Positions 46,648 to 56,313 of a stretch of DNA of 64,000 nt are shown here, piece by piece. Each line of letters opens with the position of its first letter. The stretch's first letter is position 1. The notes beneath the pieces were generated by a model. It was not told where the DNA came from. It saw only the letters and a program-made list of their open reading frames with translations, and ran no database searches. Source of the DNA: an uncultured Candidatus Saccharibacteria bacterium (GTDB lineage: Bacteria > Patescibacteriota > Minisyncoccia > Phycocordibacterales > WO2-35-19); the NCBI GenBank assembly GCA_964589445.1, contig CAZPQX010000002.1:91882-155881 (forward strand). The letters are read 5' to 3'. The position numbers and the translations under genes were made by a program.

Positions 46648-49448
46648 TTCAGATCTTCCTCGTCCTTTTCTGAAATCGGCAAAGTGACTGTCCTGCACTC
46701 ACCTTTGTCATTTGGTTTTATGAAGACAAGGCTCGGGGTGACTCTCTTGCCTTGGTATTTTTTATGGCCCCCAAGAAGTATTTTATAAAAGACTAGCTGC
46801 CTGAAATAATCTCCCGTGTCGCTCGCTGTTTCGCCTCGTATCGCCTTCTCACTCATAGCTTCTTTTGTTTTGTAGTCATAGACGAGTATTTCATCTTCTT
46901 TTTCAAGCACTAGGTCCATTTTGCCGTGGAGCCTGACCTCCACTTCAGTGCCCCCCATATTTGATACAAAGTTGGTTTCAAACCATCTCTCCGAGCTAGC
47001 CTCGCCCTCTTGGTTGAAGTGTGTCAAAAGTTCGCTCGCAACTACGGGCGCATTTTTGATCAACTCTTCTTGTATAGCTTCTTTTTCATGTTTTATGAGG
47101 AGCGATTTTTTGAAGTAGTTTTGTATTGAAGTCTTTATTGTTTCTTCTATTTCCTCTTTTGTTTTTGAGTTAGTATTCCAGACATTTGACATGGCTTCGT
47201 GCATGGCATTGCCTCTCTCTGAAGTCGCGTTTGGCGCCTCGGGCATCTTGAGGATGCTCTTGTAGAAAAAACGATTGGGACAATCTAAAAAGTGATTGAG
47301 CGCAGTCACTGAAAGTCCTTTTTCGAGCAAGACTCTTTTTGCGAATTCTTGTTTTTCTATTTTGCCAGGGTCGTTTGTGACTTGGGATGCACTTATTATT
47401 TCTTTGTACTCAGGTATAGCTTTGTTTTCTATGAGAGATTGGTCAAGCTCCGATATAAATCTTAATGCAGTAGTTGGTTTGCCTGCGAAGTTTTCGGAGT
47501 GGCTGGTGATAGCTATGTGCTTCTTGCTTCTCGTCAGCGCCACATAAAAAAGTCTTCGCTCGTCCCTTATCTCATCATATTGCTCTTTTTCTTTTGGAAG
47601 TACAAAGTACGAATTTCTGATTTTGCTTATCCAAGACTCTTCGGTGGCATATGGCACTAGTACCGACTCAAACTCGAGTCCTTTTGATGAGTGAGCTGTA
47701 GTGATGATGATATCTGATTTGGTTTTGCCCCCGTTTATTTTGACTATTTTGTTTTCAGCTGTTTTTTTGTATTCAAGAAGTGTTTTTATGATTTCCCTAT
47801 GATTTTCTGTTTTATTTTGTCTCGCTATTTCTTGGCTAAGGTTTATTATCGCTCTCCAAACCTCGACATATAGAGGGTCTTTGCTGGCCATTTTTACGAT
47901 ACCTGAAATCTCACCTATCTTGATAAGGTATTCAACACCGCTCGACTCACCCAGGATATTTTGTAGATTTTTTATAGCTGGCAACTTTTCTTGGAGCTCG
48001 GCGAGGTCGCCATTTTTGATTGCTCTTATACACTCGACTTCAGTCTTGAAGTCGAGCCCCCAAAGTCCTCCCGAAAAAGTTTCGGCGAGCGGCTCGATGA
48101 CAGATGGGTCGTTTAAAAACTCGAGTATCGAAAAAAACATGCTACCAACTCTGCTTTGAAATATATCAGCTCCCCTTTCGGCGCTAGCTTCTACTCCGGC
48201 TCTCCTCAAGATATCAAAAATCCTCGATACATAACGATTTTTCCTTGTGATGATGGCGATCTGACCGTACTTCTTTTGCATCTCTTTCACTTTTTCGACA
48301 AGGAAAACTTCTTCGTCAGAAATCTTTTCAGCCATGCATATTTCTATCGGAGTTCTTTCGGCTCCATTTCCGGATAGTAGTTTGATGCGAAGTTCTTCAT
48401 TTTCTTTTTCTGCATAATTATTTTCTATCATGCTAAAAGTAGAGTCGAGGATACCCTGGTGAGACCTGTAGTTTTCTTCGAGTTGTATCAGCTTCATGCC
48501 GCTCCAGATCTTTTGGAACCGCAAGAAATTTTCTACCGACGCACCCTGAAATCTGTATATCGCCTGCTTTTCGTCTCCCACTACAAATATGTTTGGATTA
48601 TCAAAAAACTCACCTATTTTTTGGACAATTTCGTTTTGGGTGCTGTTGGTGTCTTGATGCTCGTCGACTAAGATGTACAAGTATCTCTCTTGAAGTATCT
48701 GGAGCAGTAGCTCGTCTTGCCGGAGTGTTAGAAGTAATGCAAAAATAAGGTCGTCGAAGTCTATTTTGTTTCTTTCTTTTTTTAGGCTTTCGTAACTCTC
48801 ATAAACCTCTGAAAAAAGTATAGTTTTTTCGCACTTTTCTATACGCTTCAAAGCTTCGCCTTTTAGCATGCCTTTTGTTTTGCCTCTCGAAGATATAGAC
48901 TCTTCACTATTTTTTATCCTCTCGATTTCACTTTCTGCAAAATCTTTGATCATGCTAGGCTCCCAGGCTTCTTGTTTGGAGTCGCTGATCGCGCCAAGTA
49001 TCTTGCCGATATAAAACTCGCTGTCGCCGGCTGGGCGAAGGAGTCTGTATTTATTGTCGGTAAGTATTTCCCTTATGTAGCTTTCGGCTTCGATATCAGT
49101 GATTTGCTCGCAATTTTTGAGATGGGTAAAGTGCTCGGGAAATTCGAGTGTGATACTTTTTGCGAAGCCATGAAATGTATTTATCTGCACATCAAAAGCC
49201 GCCTCGCCTATTATCTTGCGAAGCTTTTCTCTCATGGATTTGACTCCTGACTCGGTGAATGTGAGCGCTAAAATCGAAGAAGCCCCTGCGTCGGTCTTTC
49301 TTAAAATGTTTGCGATACGGAGCGTGAGGATGGTCGTCTTGCCTGTGCCTGGGCCCGCCACCACCATCACGGGGCCGTCGATGGTGTCGACCGCCTCTCT
49401 CTGTTTTTTGTTTAGTTTTGCGTATTCTTGGTTAAATACCTCTTCCAT
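46539..49448 (-). CDS. UvrD/PcrA-like helicase fused to a PD-(D/E)XK nuclease
   Basis: AGPGTGKT, DEHQD, GDEKQAIYRFQGA, H.SKGLEF, YVALTR, G.MD...DYKT, terminal Cys cluster. Confidence 0.92.
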   Translation of the reverse strand: MEEVFNQEYAKLNKKQREAVDTIDGPVMVVAGPGTGKTTILTLRIANILRKTDAGASSILALTFTESGVKSMREKLRKIIGEAAFDVQINTFHGFAKSITLEFPEHFTHLKNCEQITDIEAESYIREILTDNKYRLLRPAGDSEFYIGKILGAISDSKQEAWEPSMIKDFAESEIERIKNSEESISSRGKTKGMLKGEALKRIEKCEKTILFSEVYESYESLKKERNKIDFDDLIFALLLTLRQDELLLQILQERYLYILVDEHQDTNSTQNEIVQKIGEFFDNPNIFVVGDEKQAIYRFQGASVENFLRFQKIWSGMKLIQLEENYRSHQGILDSTFSMIENNYAEKENEELRIKLLSGNGAERTPIEICMAEKISDEEVFLVEKVKEMQKKYGQIAIITRKNRYVSRIFDILRRAGVEASAERGADIFQSRVGSMFFSILEFLNDPSVIEPLAETFSGGLWGLDFKTEVECIRAIKNGDLAELQEKLPAIKNLQNILGESSGVEYLIKIGEISGIVKMASKDPLYVEVWRAIINLSQEIARQNKTENHREIIKTLLEYKKTAENKIVKINGGKTKSDIIITTAHSSKGLEFESVLVPYATEESWISKIRNSYFVLPKEKEQYDEIRDERRLFYVALTRSKKHIAITSHSENFAGKPTTALRFISELDQSLIENKAIPEYKEIISASQVTNDPGKIEKQEFAKRVLLEKGLSVTALNHFLDCPNRFFYKSILKMPEAPNATSERGNAMHEAMSNVWNTNSKTKEEIEETIKTSIQNYFKKSLLIKHEKEAIQEELIKNAPVVASELLTHFNQEGEASSERWFETNFVSNMGGTEVEVRLHGKMDLVLEKEDEILVYDYKTKEAMSEKAIRGETASDTGDYFRQLVFYKILLGGHKKYQGKRVTPSLVFIKPNDKGECRTVTLPISEKDEEDLKEKIKILIEKVMSGNLLDEVCEDPECKYCRKNKNTY

Positions 49449-49525
49449 TTACTCATGATATCATAGTCTCAAAGTGTTAAATAACCTATGTTCCAAATGT
49501 TGACCATATGCTTACTTTAAAACCA

Positions 49526-49555
49526 AACGGCTCAAACCTTTCGGTTTGAGCCGTT
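49526..49555 (-). terminator. terminator after rpoD
   Basis: AACGGCTCAAACC-GAAA-GGTTTGAGCCGTT followed by TGGTTTT on the minus strand. Confidence 0.75.
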
Positions 49556-49558
49556 GAG

Positions 49559-49656
49559 GAAACTGGGTGTGTTCTGGAGAAAAGCCTTGAACCAGAAAAG
49601 GAAAGGAAAAGCACTCCCGAGCTAGGAGTGCTTTTCGGAAGAATACACCCGATTTC
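49559..49656. repeat. dispersed element copy R7 (opposite orientation)
   Basis: GGGTGTGTTCT-GGA-GAAAAGCCTTGAACC...GTGCTTTTC-GGA-AGAATACACCC. Confidence 0.88.
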
Positions 49657-49677
49657 TTTTCCGGCTTGTTTCTATTT

Positions 49678-50889
49678 TTACAAGAAATGCTGCAAGCGTT
49701 TTGCTTTTTCGTGTTGGCGCATTTTTTCGAGCGCCTTGGCTTCTATCTGTCTGATACGCTCTCTTGTGACACCAAACTCCTTACCCACATCTTCAAGGGT
49801 GTGGTACACACCGTCGATGAGGCCATTTCTCATTTCTATTATTTTCTTTTCTTTTGGAGGCAAGTCTTTAAGTATTTCTTGAAGCTGGTCTCTGATGATG
49901 CGGTGGTTTGACTCTTGGTCAGGCGCCATTATTTTGTCATCAGCAAGGAAGTCTCCAAATGTTGACTTATCGTCTTCATCGCTGCCGTTTATCGGAGACT
50001 CGAGTGAAAATGTGCCTTGGTCAATCTTTTCGATCATGTATATTTTTTCTGGTTCAAGCCCCATCTCTATCGCTATTTCTTCTGGGAGTGGGTCACGGCC
50101 GAGGTCTTGAGAAAGGCGTCTCACTACTTGTTTGTACTTGGCGATAGTCTCCACCATGTGCACCGGCACGCGGATAGTACGAGACTGGTCTGCCAAGGCT
50201 CTCGTGATAGCTTGTCTTATCCACCAAGTGGCGTAGGTTGAAAACTTATAACCTTTTGTGTAGTCAAACTTGTCTACTGCTTTGAAAAGCCCCAAGTTTC
50301 CTTCTTGGATAAGGTCGAGGAGAGAGAGGTCTGAGCTCCTACCAACATATTTTTTGGCGATAGAAACCACAAGACGGAGGTTTGCTTTGGCGAGCAAGTT
50401 TCTTGCGCCATCGTCCCCTGCTGCTATTTTCTTGGCCAAGTCTTTTTCTTGTGAGCCTGAGATGAGTTGGTGTCTGCCTATTTCCTTGAGGTACATTTGT
50501 ATAGAGTCGTAGGAAGCCTCGTCCTTAAACATTTCCTTTTTTACTGTCAGGTTGTCTTCGAGCAGTCTGCCGCTCTCGAGGATATCTATACCCATCGAAG
50601 CACACTCTTCATAAAGATTTTCTAGGAGCTCCACATTGTCTTCAACTGTTGGAAACTCTTTTATGATTTCATCGAAAGTGATAAAACCTCTTTCCTTTCC
50701 TTTTGCTATAAGTGTTTCTTTTTTTGATTTTTCTTCGTCTCTTGCTGCACTTTTTTTGACCACTTTTTCCTTGGTTTTCTTTACAGCAGGTTTGGCTTTT
50801 GGAGCCTTTTTAGACACCTCTTTTTTGACTGTTTTCAGTCTTTTTTGTTTTATTTTTTGATATTTTGTTTTGTTGTTTTTTGTAGCCAT
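49678..50889 (-). CDS. rpoD: primary sigma factor
   Basis: [44 protein letters not shown]. Confidence 0.96.
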   Translation of the reverse strand: MATKNNKTKYQKIKQKRLKTVKKEVSKKAPKAKPAVKKTKEKVVKKSAARDEEKSKKETLIAKGKERGFITFDEIIKEFPTVEDNVELLENLYEECASMGIDILESGRLLEDNLTVKKEMFKDEASYDSIQMYLKEIGRHQLISGSQEKDLAKKIAAGDDGARNLLAKANLRLVVSIAKKYVGRSSDLSLLDLIQEGNLGLFKAVDKFDYTKGYKFSTYATWWIRQAITRALADQSRTIRVPVHMVETIAKYKQVVRRLSQDLGRDPLPEEIAIEMGLEPEKIYMIEKIDQGTFSLESPINGSDEDDKSTFGDFLADDKIMAPDQESNHRIIRDQLQEILKDLPPKEKKIIEMRNGLIDGVYHTLEDVGKEFGVTRERIRQIEAKALEKMRQHEKAKRLQHFL

Positions 50890-50904
50890 TTTTAATTTTT
50901 TTAA

Positions 50905-52575
50905 TTAGTCTCTTAAATTTGATATTTGTTTTTGTAACTCGTTTATCTCCTTAGAAATTGCGACTTCATCTTCTTTATTTAAATTTTTATTGTCTAGCAA
51001 TAAACTTTTTTCTTTCAATTTCTTTTTTAATATATGAAGTTCTAATCTTTTCAAAATGTCTTTTTTGGTTGATTCGAGTCTTTCTTTTGTCATGTTTTGC
51101 CTCTCTATTTCAAAGGTCATTTTTTCTTTGTATTCTCTTTTTGATTCTATGAGTAGGTTTGTCTTTTCTTTACCGAGTATTTCCTCTAGCTTTTTCCTGG
51201 TCTCACTTTCTCCCGAAGTCTCTTCAGAGAAGACTATTGCGACTGCCATTTCTTCAAGAGTCGGTGGTCCAGAACTCTTGGCTACCTCACTCTGTCTTTC
51301 GCTAAATCCTGTTTTATTTTTTTCAAAATCATTCCAAACTGATGATTCGCTTGCGCCTGTTATCTTGGATATTTTGTTTATTATTCTCGATTTTTCCATG
51401 TCACTTTTTATTAGCGACAATACTGGAAACAGCGTTGTTTTTATTTCTTTTATCAGTCTTTCTCCTTTTTGAGACTTTGATATTTTTTCTAATACAAAAT
51501 CAGCAAAGTGCATTGATTTTTTTATGGACTCTATCCATTCCTGTTTATCTTCTTTTATTATCGAAGCAGGGTCTTCATTTTCTTTTATAGGAGCTATCTT
51601 TGTTTCCATCTCGAGAGAGAGTGCTATCTCGGCGGCTCTTTTGGCAGCGTTTTCTCCTGCCTTGTCTCCGTCATATGCTATCACTATTTTGTTCGTTAGC
51701 CTCTTTATTTTTTTGAGGTGTTCTTCTGTGAGTGCTGTGCCCGAAGAAGCGACTGTGTTTGTGACTCCAGACTGATGAGACATGACCAAATCCATCTGTC
51801 CTTCTACCAAGATTGCATAATCAGATTTCCTAATTTGATTTTTGGCGAAGTTGAATCCATAAAGCACTTCTGATTTTTTGAAGAGTTTGGTTTCCGGTGA
51901 GTTGAGGTATTTGGGAGATTTACCGTCGTCGTGAAGTATCCTCCCTGAAAATGCTATCACTTTGCCGCTTGGGTCAAAGATAGGAAACATCACACGACCT
52001 CTAAAAGTGTCGTAGTGCTTGTCAGCGTCTGGTACCTTTTTTATGAGACCTGCTTCAAGCATTACTTTTTTAGAAAATTTAGAAGAAAGAAGTTCATCGT
52101 GCAAATCTCGCCACTCGTTTTTTGCAAGTCCTATCCTCCACTTAGATATACTGCTCTCTGAAAGACCTCTATTTTTTAGGTACTCTAGTGCCTCTTTGTT
52201 TTTTGAAAGATTATTTTCATAAAACTTCGTGGCTTTTTCCATTATTTCAAAGAGCTCACCAGTTTCATCCTTTTCTTTTTTAGGACCACTCTTTACAAGC
52301 TCTACGCCAGCTCTCGAAGCGAGCAGCTCAAGCGCCCCTTTGAAATCTGTACTTTCGAACTTTTCAACGAAAGAAAAAATATCCCCTTTTTCCCCGCAAC
52401 CAAAGCAGTAAAAAGACTGCCTTTCCTCTGATATGAAGAAAGAGGGGGTCTTTTCATTGTGGAACGGGCACCTAGCTTTGTAGTTGATGCCCGCTTTATC
52501 TACTTTTATATAAGAAGATATAAGATCCACAATATTAATTTTTTCTTTTATTTTTTCTATGTCGGAAGAAGACAT
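50905..52575 (-). CDS. dnaG: DNA primase
   Basis: CPFH.EKTPSF zinc finger, KYLNSPET, VEG..D, YDGD.AG. Confidence 0.96.
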   Translation of the reverse strand: MSSSDIEKIKEKINIVDLISSYIKVDKAGINYKARCPFHNEKTPSFFISEERQSFYCFGCGEKGDIFSFVEKFESTDFKGALELLASRAGVELVKSGPKKEKDETGELFEIMEKATKFYENNLSKNKEALEYLKNRGLSESSISKWRIGLAKNEWRDLHDELLSSKFSKKVMLEAGLIKKVPDADKHYDTFRGRVMFPIFDPSGKVIAFSGRILHDDGKSPKYLNSPETKLFKKSEVLYGFNFAKNQIRKSDYAILVEGQMDLVMSHQSGVTNTVASSGTALTEEHLKKIKRLTNKIVIAYDGDKAGENAAKRAAEIALSLEMETKIAPIKENEDPASIIKEDKQEWIESIKKSMHFADFVLEKISKSQKGERLIKEIKTTLFPVLSLIKSDMEKSRIINKISKITGASESSVWNDFEKNKTGFSERQSEVAKSSGPPTLEEMAVAIVFSEETSGESETRKKLEEILGKEKTNLLIESKREYKEKMTFEIERQNMTKERLESTKKDILKRLELHILKKKLKEKSLLLDNKNLNKEDEVAISKEINELQKQISNLRD

Positions 52576-52611
52576 GTGAAAATTGTTATCTTCCCGGATG
52601 CGATCTGGCCT

Positions 52612-55600
52612 TTACATATTTCGGTCCAAATCTTCCTGAAGTTTCTTGATGAGTTCGTACTTCTCGCTTCCCTTAAATCCTGAACCTGCTGGTATAAGTC
52701 TTCCGATAATGACATTTTCCTTGAGTCCTTTGAGTTCATCTTCTGTACCTTTGAGTGCGTTTTGGATGAGCATTCTTGTGGTGTGTTGGAAGGAAGCAGA
52801 TGAGAGGAAGCTCTTTCTTGAAAGAGAAACTTCTGTGATACCAAGGAGCAAATCTTCTCCTGTAGCAACTGTCTTGCTCTCTTCTTTTATTAGCTCGTTT
52901 TCGTTTATGAATTCACCTTCTGGTACTGTGTCGCCTTGTGAGAATTTGGTGTCTCCAGGAGTCTTGATTTTCTTTCTTGAGAACATCTGCCTTATGATCA
53001 CCTCGATGTGTTTCCTTGAGATAGGCTCTCCTTGTAGCTCGTAAATCTTTGTGATTTCGTGAATGATGTAGTTTTGAGTGACCACTTCGCCAGCATACTT
53101 GAAGAGTTCTTCGAGGTCTGCTGAACCGTCAGTCATGATGTCACCCTTCTTAACCTTATCCCCTACTTTGACGAGGATTGTCCTCATGTAGCTCACTGGA
53201 TACTCTGCTTCATTTTTTGCTTTTACCTTGCTTGTTTGTTTTGTAGCTTCGTCTGGTAGCAAGATGATAAATCTGTCTTTGCCCTCTATCTTTATCTCAG
53301 TCACTGTGCCGTCTACTCTCGCTACTACAGCTGGGTTTTTAGGAGTTCTGTTTTCGAAGATTTCTTCAACTCTAGGAAGACCAGATGTGATGTCTCCACC
53401 GACTGATGCTGTACCTCCTGAGTGGAATGTTCTCATTGTGAGCTGAGTACCTGGTTCACCGATAGCCTGTGCTGCCACAGTACCTACTGCTTCACCGAGC
53501 TCGATGACTTTGTTCTTTCCTAGGTCTGAACCATAACATTTAACACAAATACCATTGATTGTTTTGCAGGTGAGAGGAGATCTTACTTTTACTGTTTCTA
53601 TTTTAGCTGCTTCTATTTTTGCAGCGTCGTCTCTACTTAGGAAGTGGTCTCTCTTAAACAATACATTTCCTTCAGAGTCTTTCACGTCTTCTGCCAAAAA
53701 TCTTCCTCTTGAAAGTTTGGCTATTGAAACTTCCATTCCAGAAGGAGTCACTTTGTTTAGGAGTACTCCCTCTTTGCTTCCACAGTCTTCTTCGTAAATC
53801 AAACTGTCCTGTGCCACATCAAAGAGTTTCCTTGTGAGGTATCCGGCCTTTGCTGTGTTGAGGGCTGTGTCGCTCATACCTTTTCGGGCGCCGTGAGTGG
53901 TGATGAAGTATTCGATTGGAGTCAAACCTTCTTTATAAGAAGATGTGATTGGGAAGTCGATAGTCTCTCCTGTAGTGTTGACGATGAGACCTTTCATACC
54001 TGCCATCTGAGTGAGCTGACCCATGGAGCCTCTAGCTTCAGATTTCACGAGGTCATAAACAGATCCAGTCTTGTCCAAGTTGTCTTGTAGAAGTTTTTGA
54101 ACCTCGTCTTTTGCTTCTGTCCATTTCTCGATATTTTTTATCTTCTTTTCGTTTTGTGAAAGAAGTCCTGATGCGTATTGCTCTTCTATAAGTGCAACTT
54201 TTTCTTTTGCTCTGTCTATTATTTCTTGTTTTGCTGCTGGTACTTTGATGTCGTCTATACCCCAAGTTGTACCCGAAACAGTGGCATATTTGAATCCGAA
54301 TTCCTTTACCTTGTTCATTATGTCAGGGATTGATTCGATGCCGTATTTTTGTATAAGGTCGTCGACGATAGAAGACATTTTCTTCTTGTTCATCTCTGTA
54401 TTTAGGTAAGGATAGTCTTCTGGCATGACCGCATTGAAGAGCAGTCTCCCTATAGTTGTCTCAAAAAGACCTCCATTGAACTCTGCGTATTTGAGAGAAT
54501 TTGTAGGTAGTACTTTTATCTTTGCTCTGAAATCAAGCACATCGAAGTCATAAGCTGTGATTGCGCTGTTTGGACTTTCAAATATAAGACCCTCACCTTT
54601 TTCTCCTGAAACCTCTTTTGTCATCCAGAAACATCCAAGGATGATGTCGAGTAGCTTGTTGGAAATAGTAGGATCTCCTGATCCCGGCTTCAATATGTTT
54701 TTGTCAGAAGCCATGATCATCTTTGCTTCCATTTGAGCTTCTGGAGAAAGTGGTACGTGTACGGCCATTTGGTCTCCGTCGAAGTCGGCGTTGAATGCAT
54801 TACATACTAGAGGGTGCACCTGGATAGCGTTACCTTCTATAAGTACTGGTCTGAAAGCCTGTATACCAAGTCTGTGCAAAGTAGGAGCTCTGTTTAGGAG
54901 TACATATCTGTCCTTGATTATTTCTTCGAGGATTGCCCATACCTCAGGTATTTTGTCTTCTATAAGTCTCGATGCGCCTCTTACGTTGTAAGCAAGCTCC
55001 TGTTTCAAAAGTTCTGAAATTACAAATGGTTTGAATAGTTCAAGAGCCATGTGTTTAGGAAGTCCGCACTGGTCAAGTTTGAGCTCAGGACCGACGACGA
55101 TCACTGATCTACCAGAGTAGTCGACTCTCTTACCGAGAAGGTTTTGTCTGAAGATACCTCTCTTGCCTTTCAGGTTGTCAGCAAGGCTTTTTAGTTCTCT
55201 TGTTTTGCTTGCCTGAGCTGTTTGCTGCTGGCTGTTGTTGTGTCTTATGGAGTTGTCGAGGAGTGCATCCACCGCTTCCTGGAGAATTCTTTTTTCATTT
55301 CGAAGGATCACGTCAGGCGCGCTGATTTCTTTTAGTTTCTTCAACCTGTTGTTTCTGTTGATCACTCTCCTGTATAGGTCGTTCACGTCGCTAGTAGCGT
55401 ATCTACCACCATCGAGAGGCACCATTGGTCTCATTGCAGGAGGAATGACTGGTATCCTGTTTAGGAACATCCACTCAGGTCTAGAGCCAGATCTGATCAT
55501 TGTTTGTATCAAAGATAGTCTCTTTGCTATTTTTGTTGATTCAATTGATTTTGATTTTTCAAGCTCCTCTTTGACTTTTGTTTCAAGTTTACCCAGGTCG

Positions 55601-56295
55601 AGAGACTTAAATATTTTGTATATTGCTTCAGCACCTATTTCGGCTTCGAAGAATGTTCCGTAGTCTTTTGAATATTTGTGGTATTCGATTTCGTCGATGA
55701 CCTTACCCTCGACTATGCCTTCTATTTCCCTCTTTCTTGAAAGCAAACTGTCCTTGAGGCTATCTTTGCTCTTTTCATCAGTCAGGTTTTTTATCTTTGC
55801 TTTAAATTCAGCATCGAGGTCTCGGAGTAGTGAAGCTTTTTCTTCTTCAGAAACTCTTGTGATGATGTATCCAGCGAAATAAATCACCTTCTCAACTTCT
55901 GCAGATGTAGTGCCGAGGAGGAGTGCTATACGTGAAGGCATGCTCTTCAGGAACCAGATATGAGAAACAGGAGCCGCGAGGTCGATATGGCCCATCCTCT
56001 CCCTTCTCACTATTGAGCGAGTGATTTCAACTCCACATTTTTCACAAACGATACCTTTGTATCTTATGCCTTTGTATTTTCCACAGTAACATTCGTAGTC
56101 TCTGTCAGGACCGAATATCTTTTCATCGAAAAGTCCGTGCCTTTCGCTTCTCTGGGTCCTGTAGTTTATAGTTTCAGGTTTTGTGACTTCTCCGAAAGAC
56201 CAATTTTTTATCACTTCTGGGGAAGCGAGAGAGAGCTTCATTAGGTCGAAATCTGGGTTGATGCCTTGATGATTTTTATTTTGCATGTTTTGCAT
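52612..56295 (-). CDS. rpoC: RNA polymerase beta' subunit
   Basis: NADFDGD, GKRVDYSGR, EPGTQLTMRTFH. Confidence 0.99.
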   Translation of the reverse strand: MQNMQNKNHQGINPDFDLMKLSLASPEVIKNWSFGEVTKPETINYRTQRSERHGLFDEKIFGPDRDYECYCGKYKGIRYKGIVCEKCGVEITRSIVRRERMGHIDLAAPVSHIWFLKSMPSRIALLLGTTSAEVEKVIYFAGYIITRVSEEEKASLLRDLDAEFKAKIKNLTDEKSKDSLKDSLLSRKREIEGIVEGKVIDEIEYHKYSKDYGTFFEAEIGAEAIYKIFKSLDLGKLETKVKEELEKSKSIESTKIAKRLSLIQTMIRSGSRPEWMFLNRIPVIPPAMRPMVPLDGGRYATSDVNDLYRRVINRNNRLKKLKEISAPDVILRNEKRILQEAVDALLDNSIRHNNSQQQTAQASKTRELKSLADNLKGKRGIFRQNLLGKRVDYSGRSVIVVGPELKLDQCGLPKHMALELFKPFVISELLKQELAYNVRGASRLIEDKIPEVWAILEEIIKDRYVLLNRAPTLHRLGIQAFRPVLIEGNAIQVHPLVCNAFNADFDGDQMAVHVPLSPEAQMEAKMIMASDKNILKPGSGDPTISNKLLDIILGCFWMTKEVSGEKGEGLIFESPNSAITAYDFDVLDFRAKIKVLPTNSLKYAEFNGGLFETTIGRLLFNAVMPEDYPYLNTEMNKKKMSSIVDDLIQKYGIESIPDIMNKVKEFGFKYATVSGTTWGIDDIKVPAAKQEIIDRAKEKVALIEEQYASGLLSQNEKKIKNIEKWTEAKDEVQKLLQDNLDKTGSVYDLVKSEARGSMGQLTQMAGMKGLIVNTTGETIDFPITSSYKEGLTPIEYFITTHGARKGMSDTALNTAKAGYLTRKLFDVAQDSLIYEEDCGSKEGVLLNKVTPSGMEVSIAKLSRGRFLAEDVKDSEGNVLFKRDHFLSRDDAAKIEAAKIETVKVRSPLTCKTINGICVKCYGSDLGKNKVIELGEAVGTVAAQAIGEPGTQLTMRTFHSGGTASVGGDITSGLPRVEEIFENRTPKNPAVVARVDGTVTEIKIEGKDRFIILLPDEATKQTSKVKAKNEAEYPVSYMRTILVKVGDKVKKGDIMTDGSADLEELFKYAGEVVTQNYIIHEITKIYELQGEPISRKHIEVIIRQMFSRKKIKTPGDTKFSQGDTVPEGEFINENELIKEESKTVATGEDLLLGITEVSLSRKSFLSSASFQHTTRMLIQNALKGTEDELKGLKENVIIGRLIPAGSGFKGSEKYELIKKLQEDLDRNM

Positions 56296-56313
56296 GATAG
56301 TCTTGTTTTTTTA

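Noticed and set aside
18085-49656. Integron attC sites or riboswitches as the identity of the dispersed element
   Set aside because: No RYYYAAC/GTTRRRY ends and no integrase. Copies follow core genes, lie 3' of genes, and occur in both orientations.
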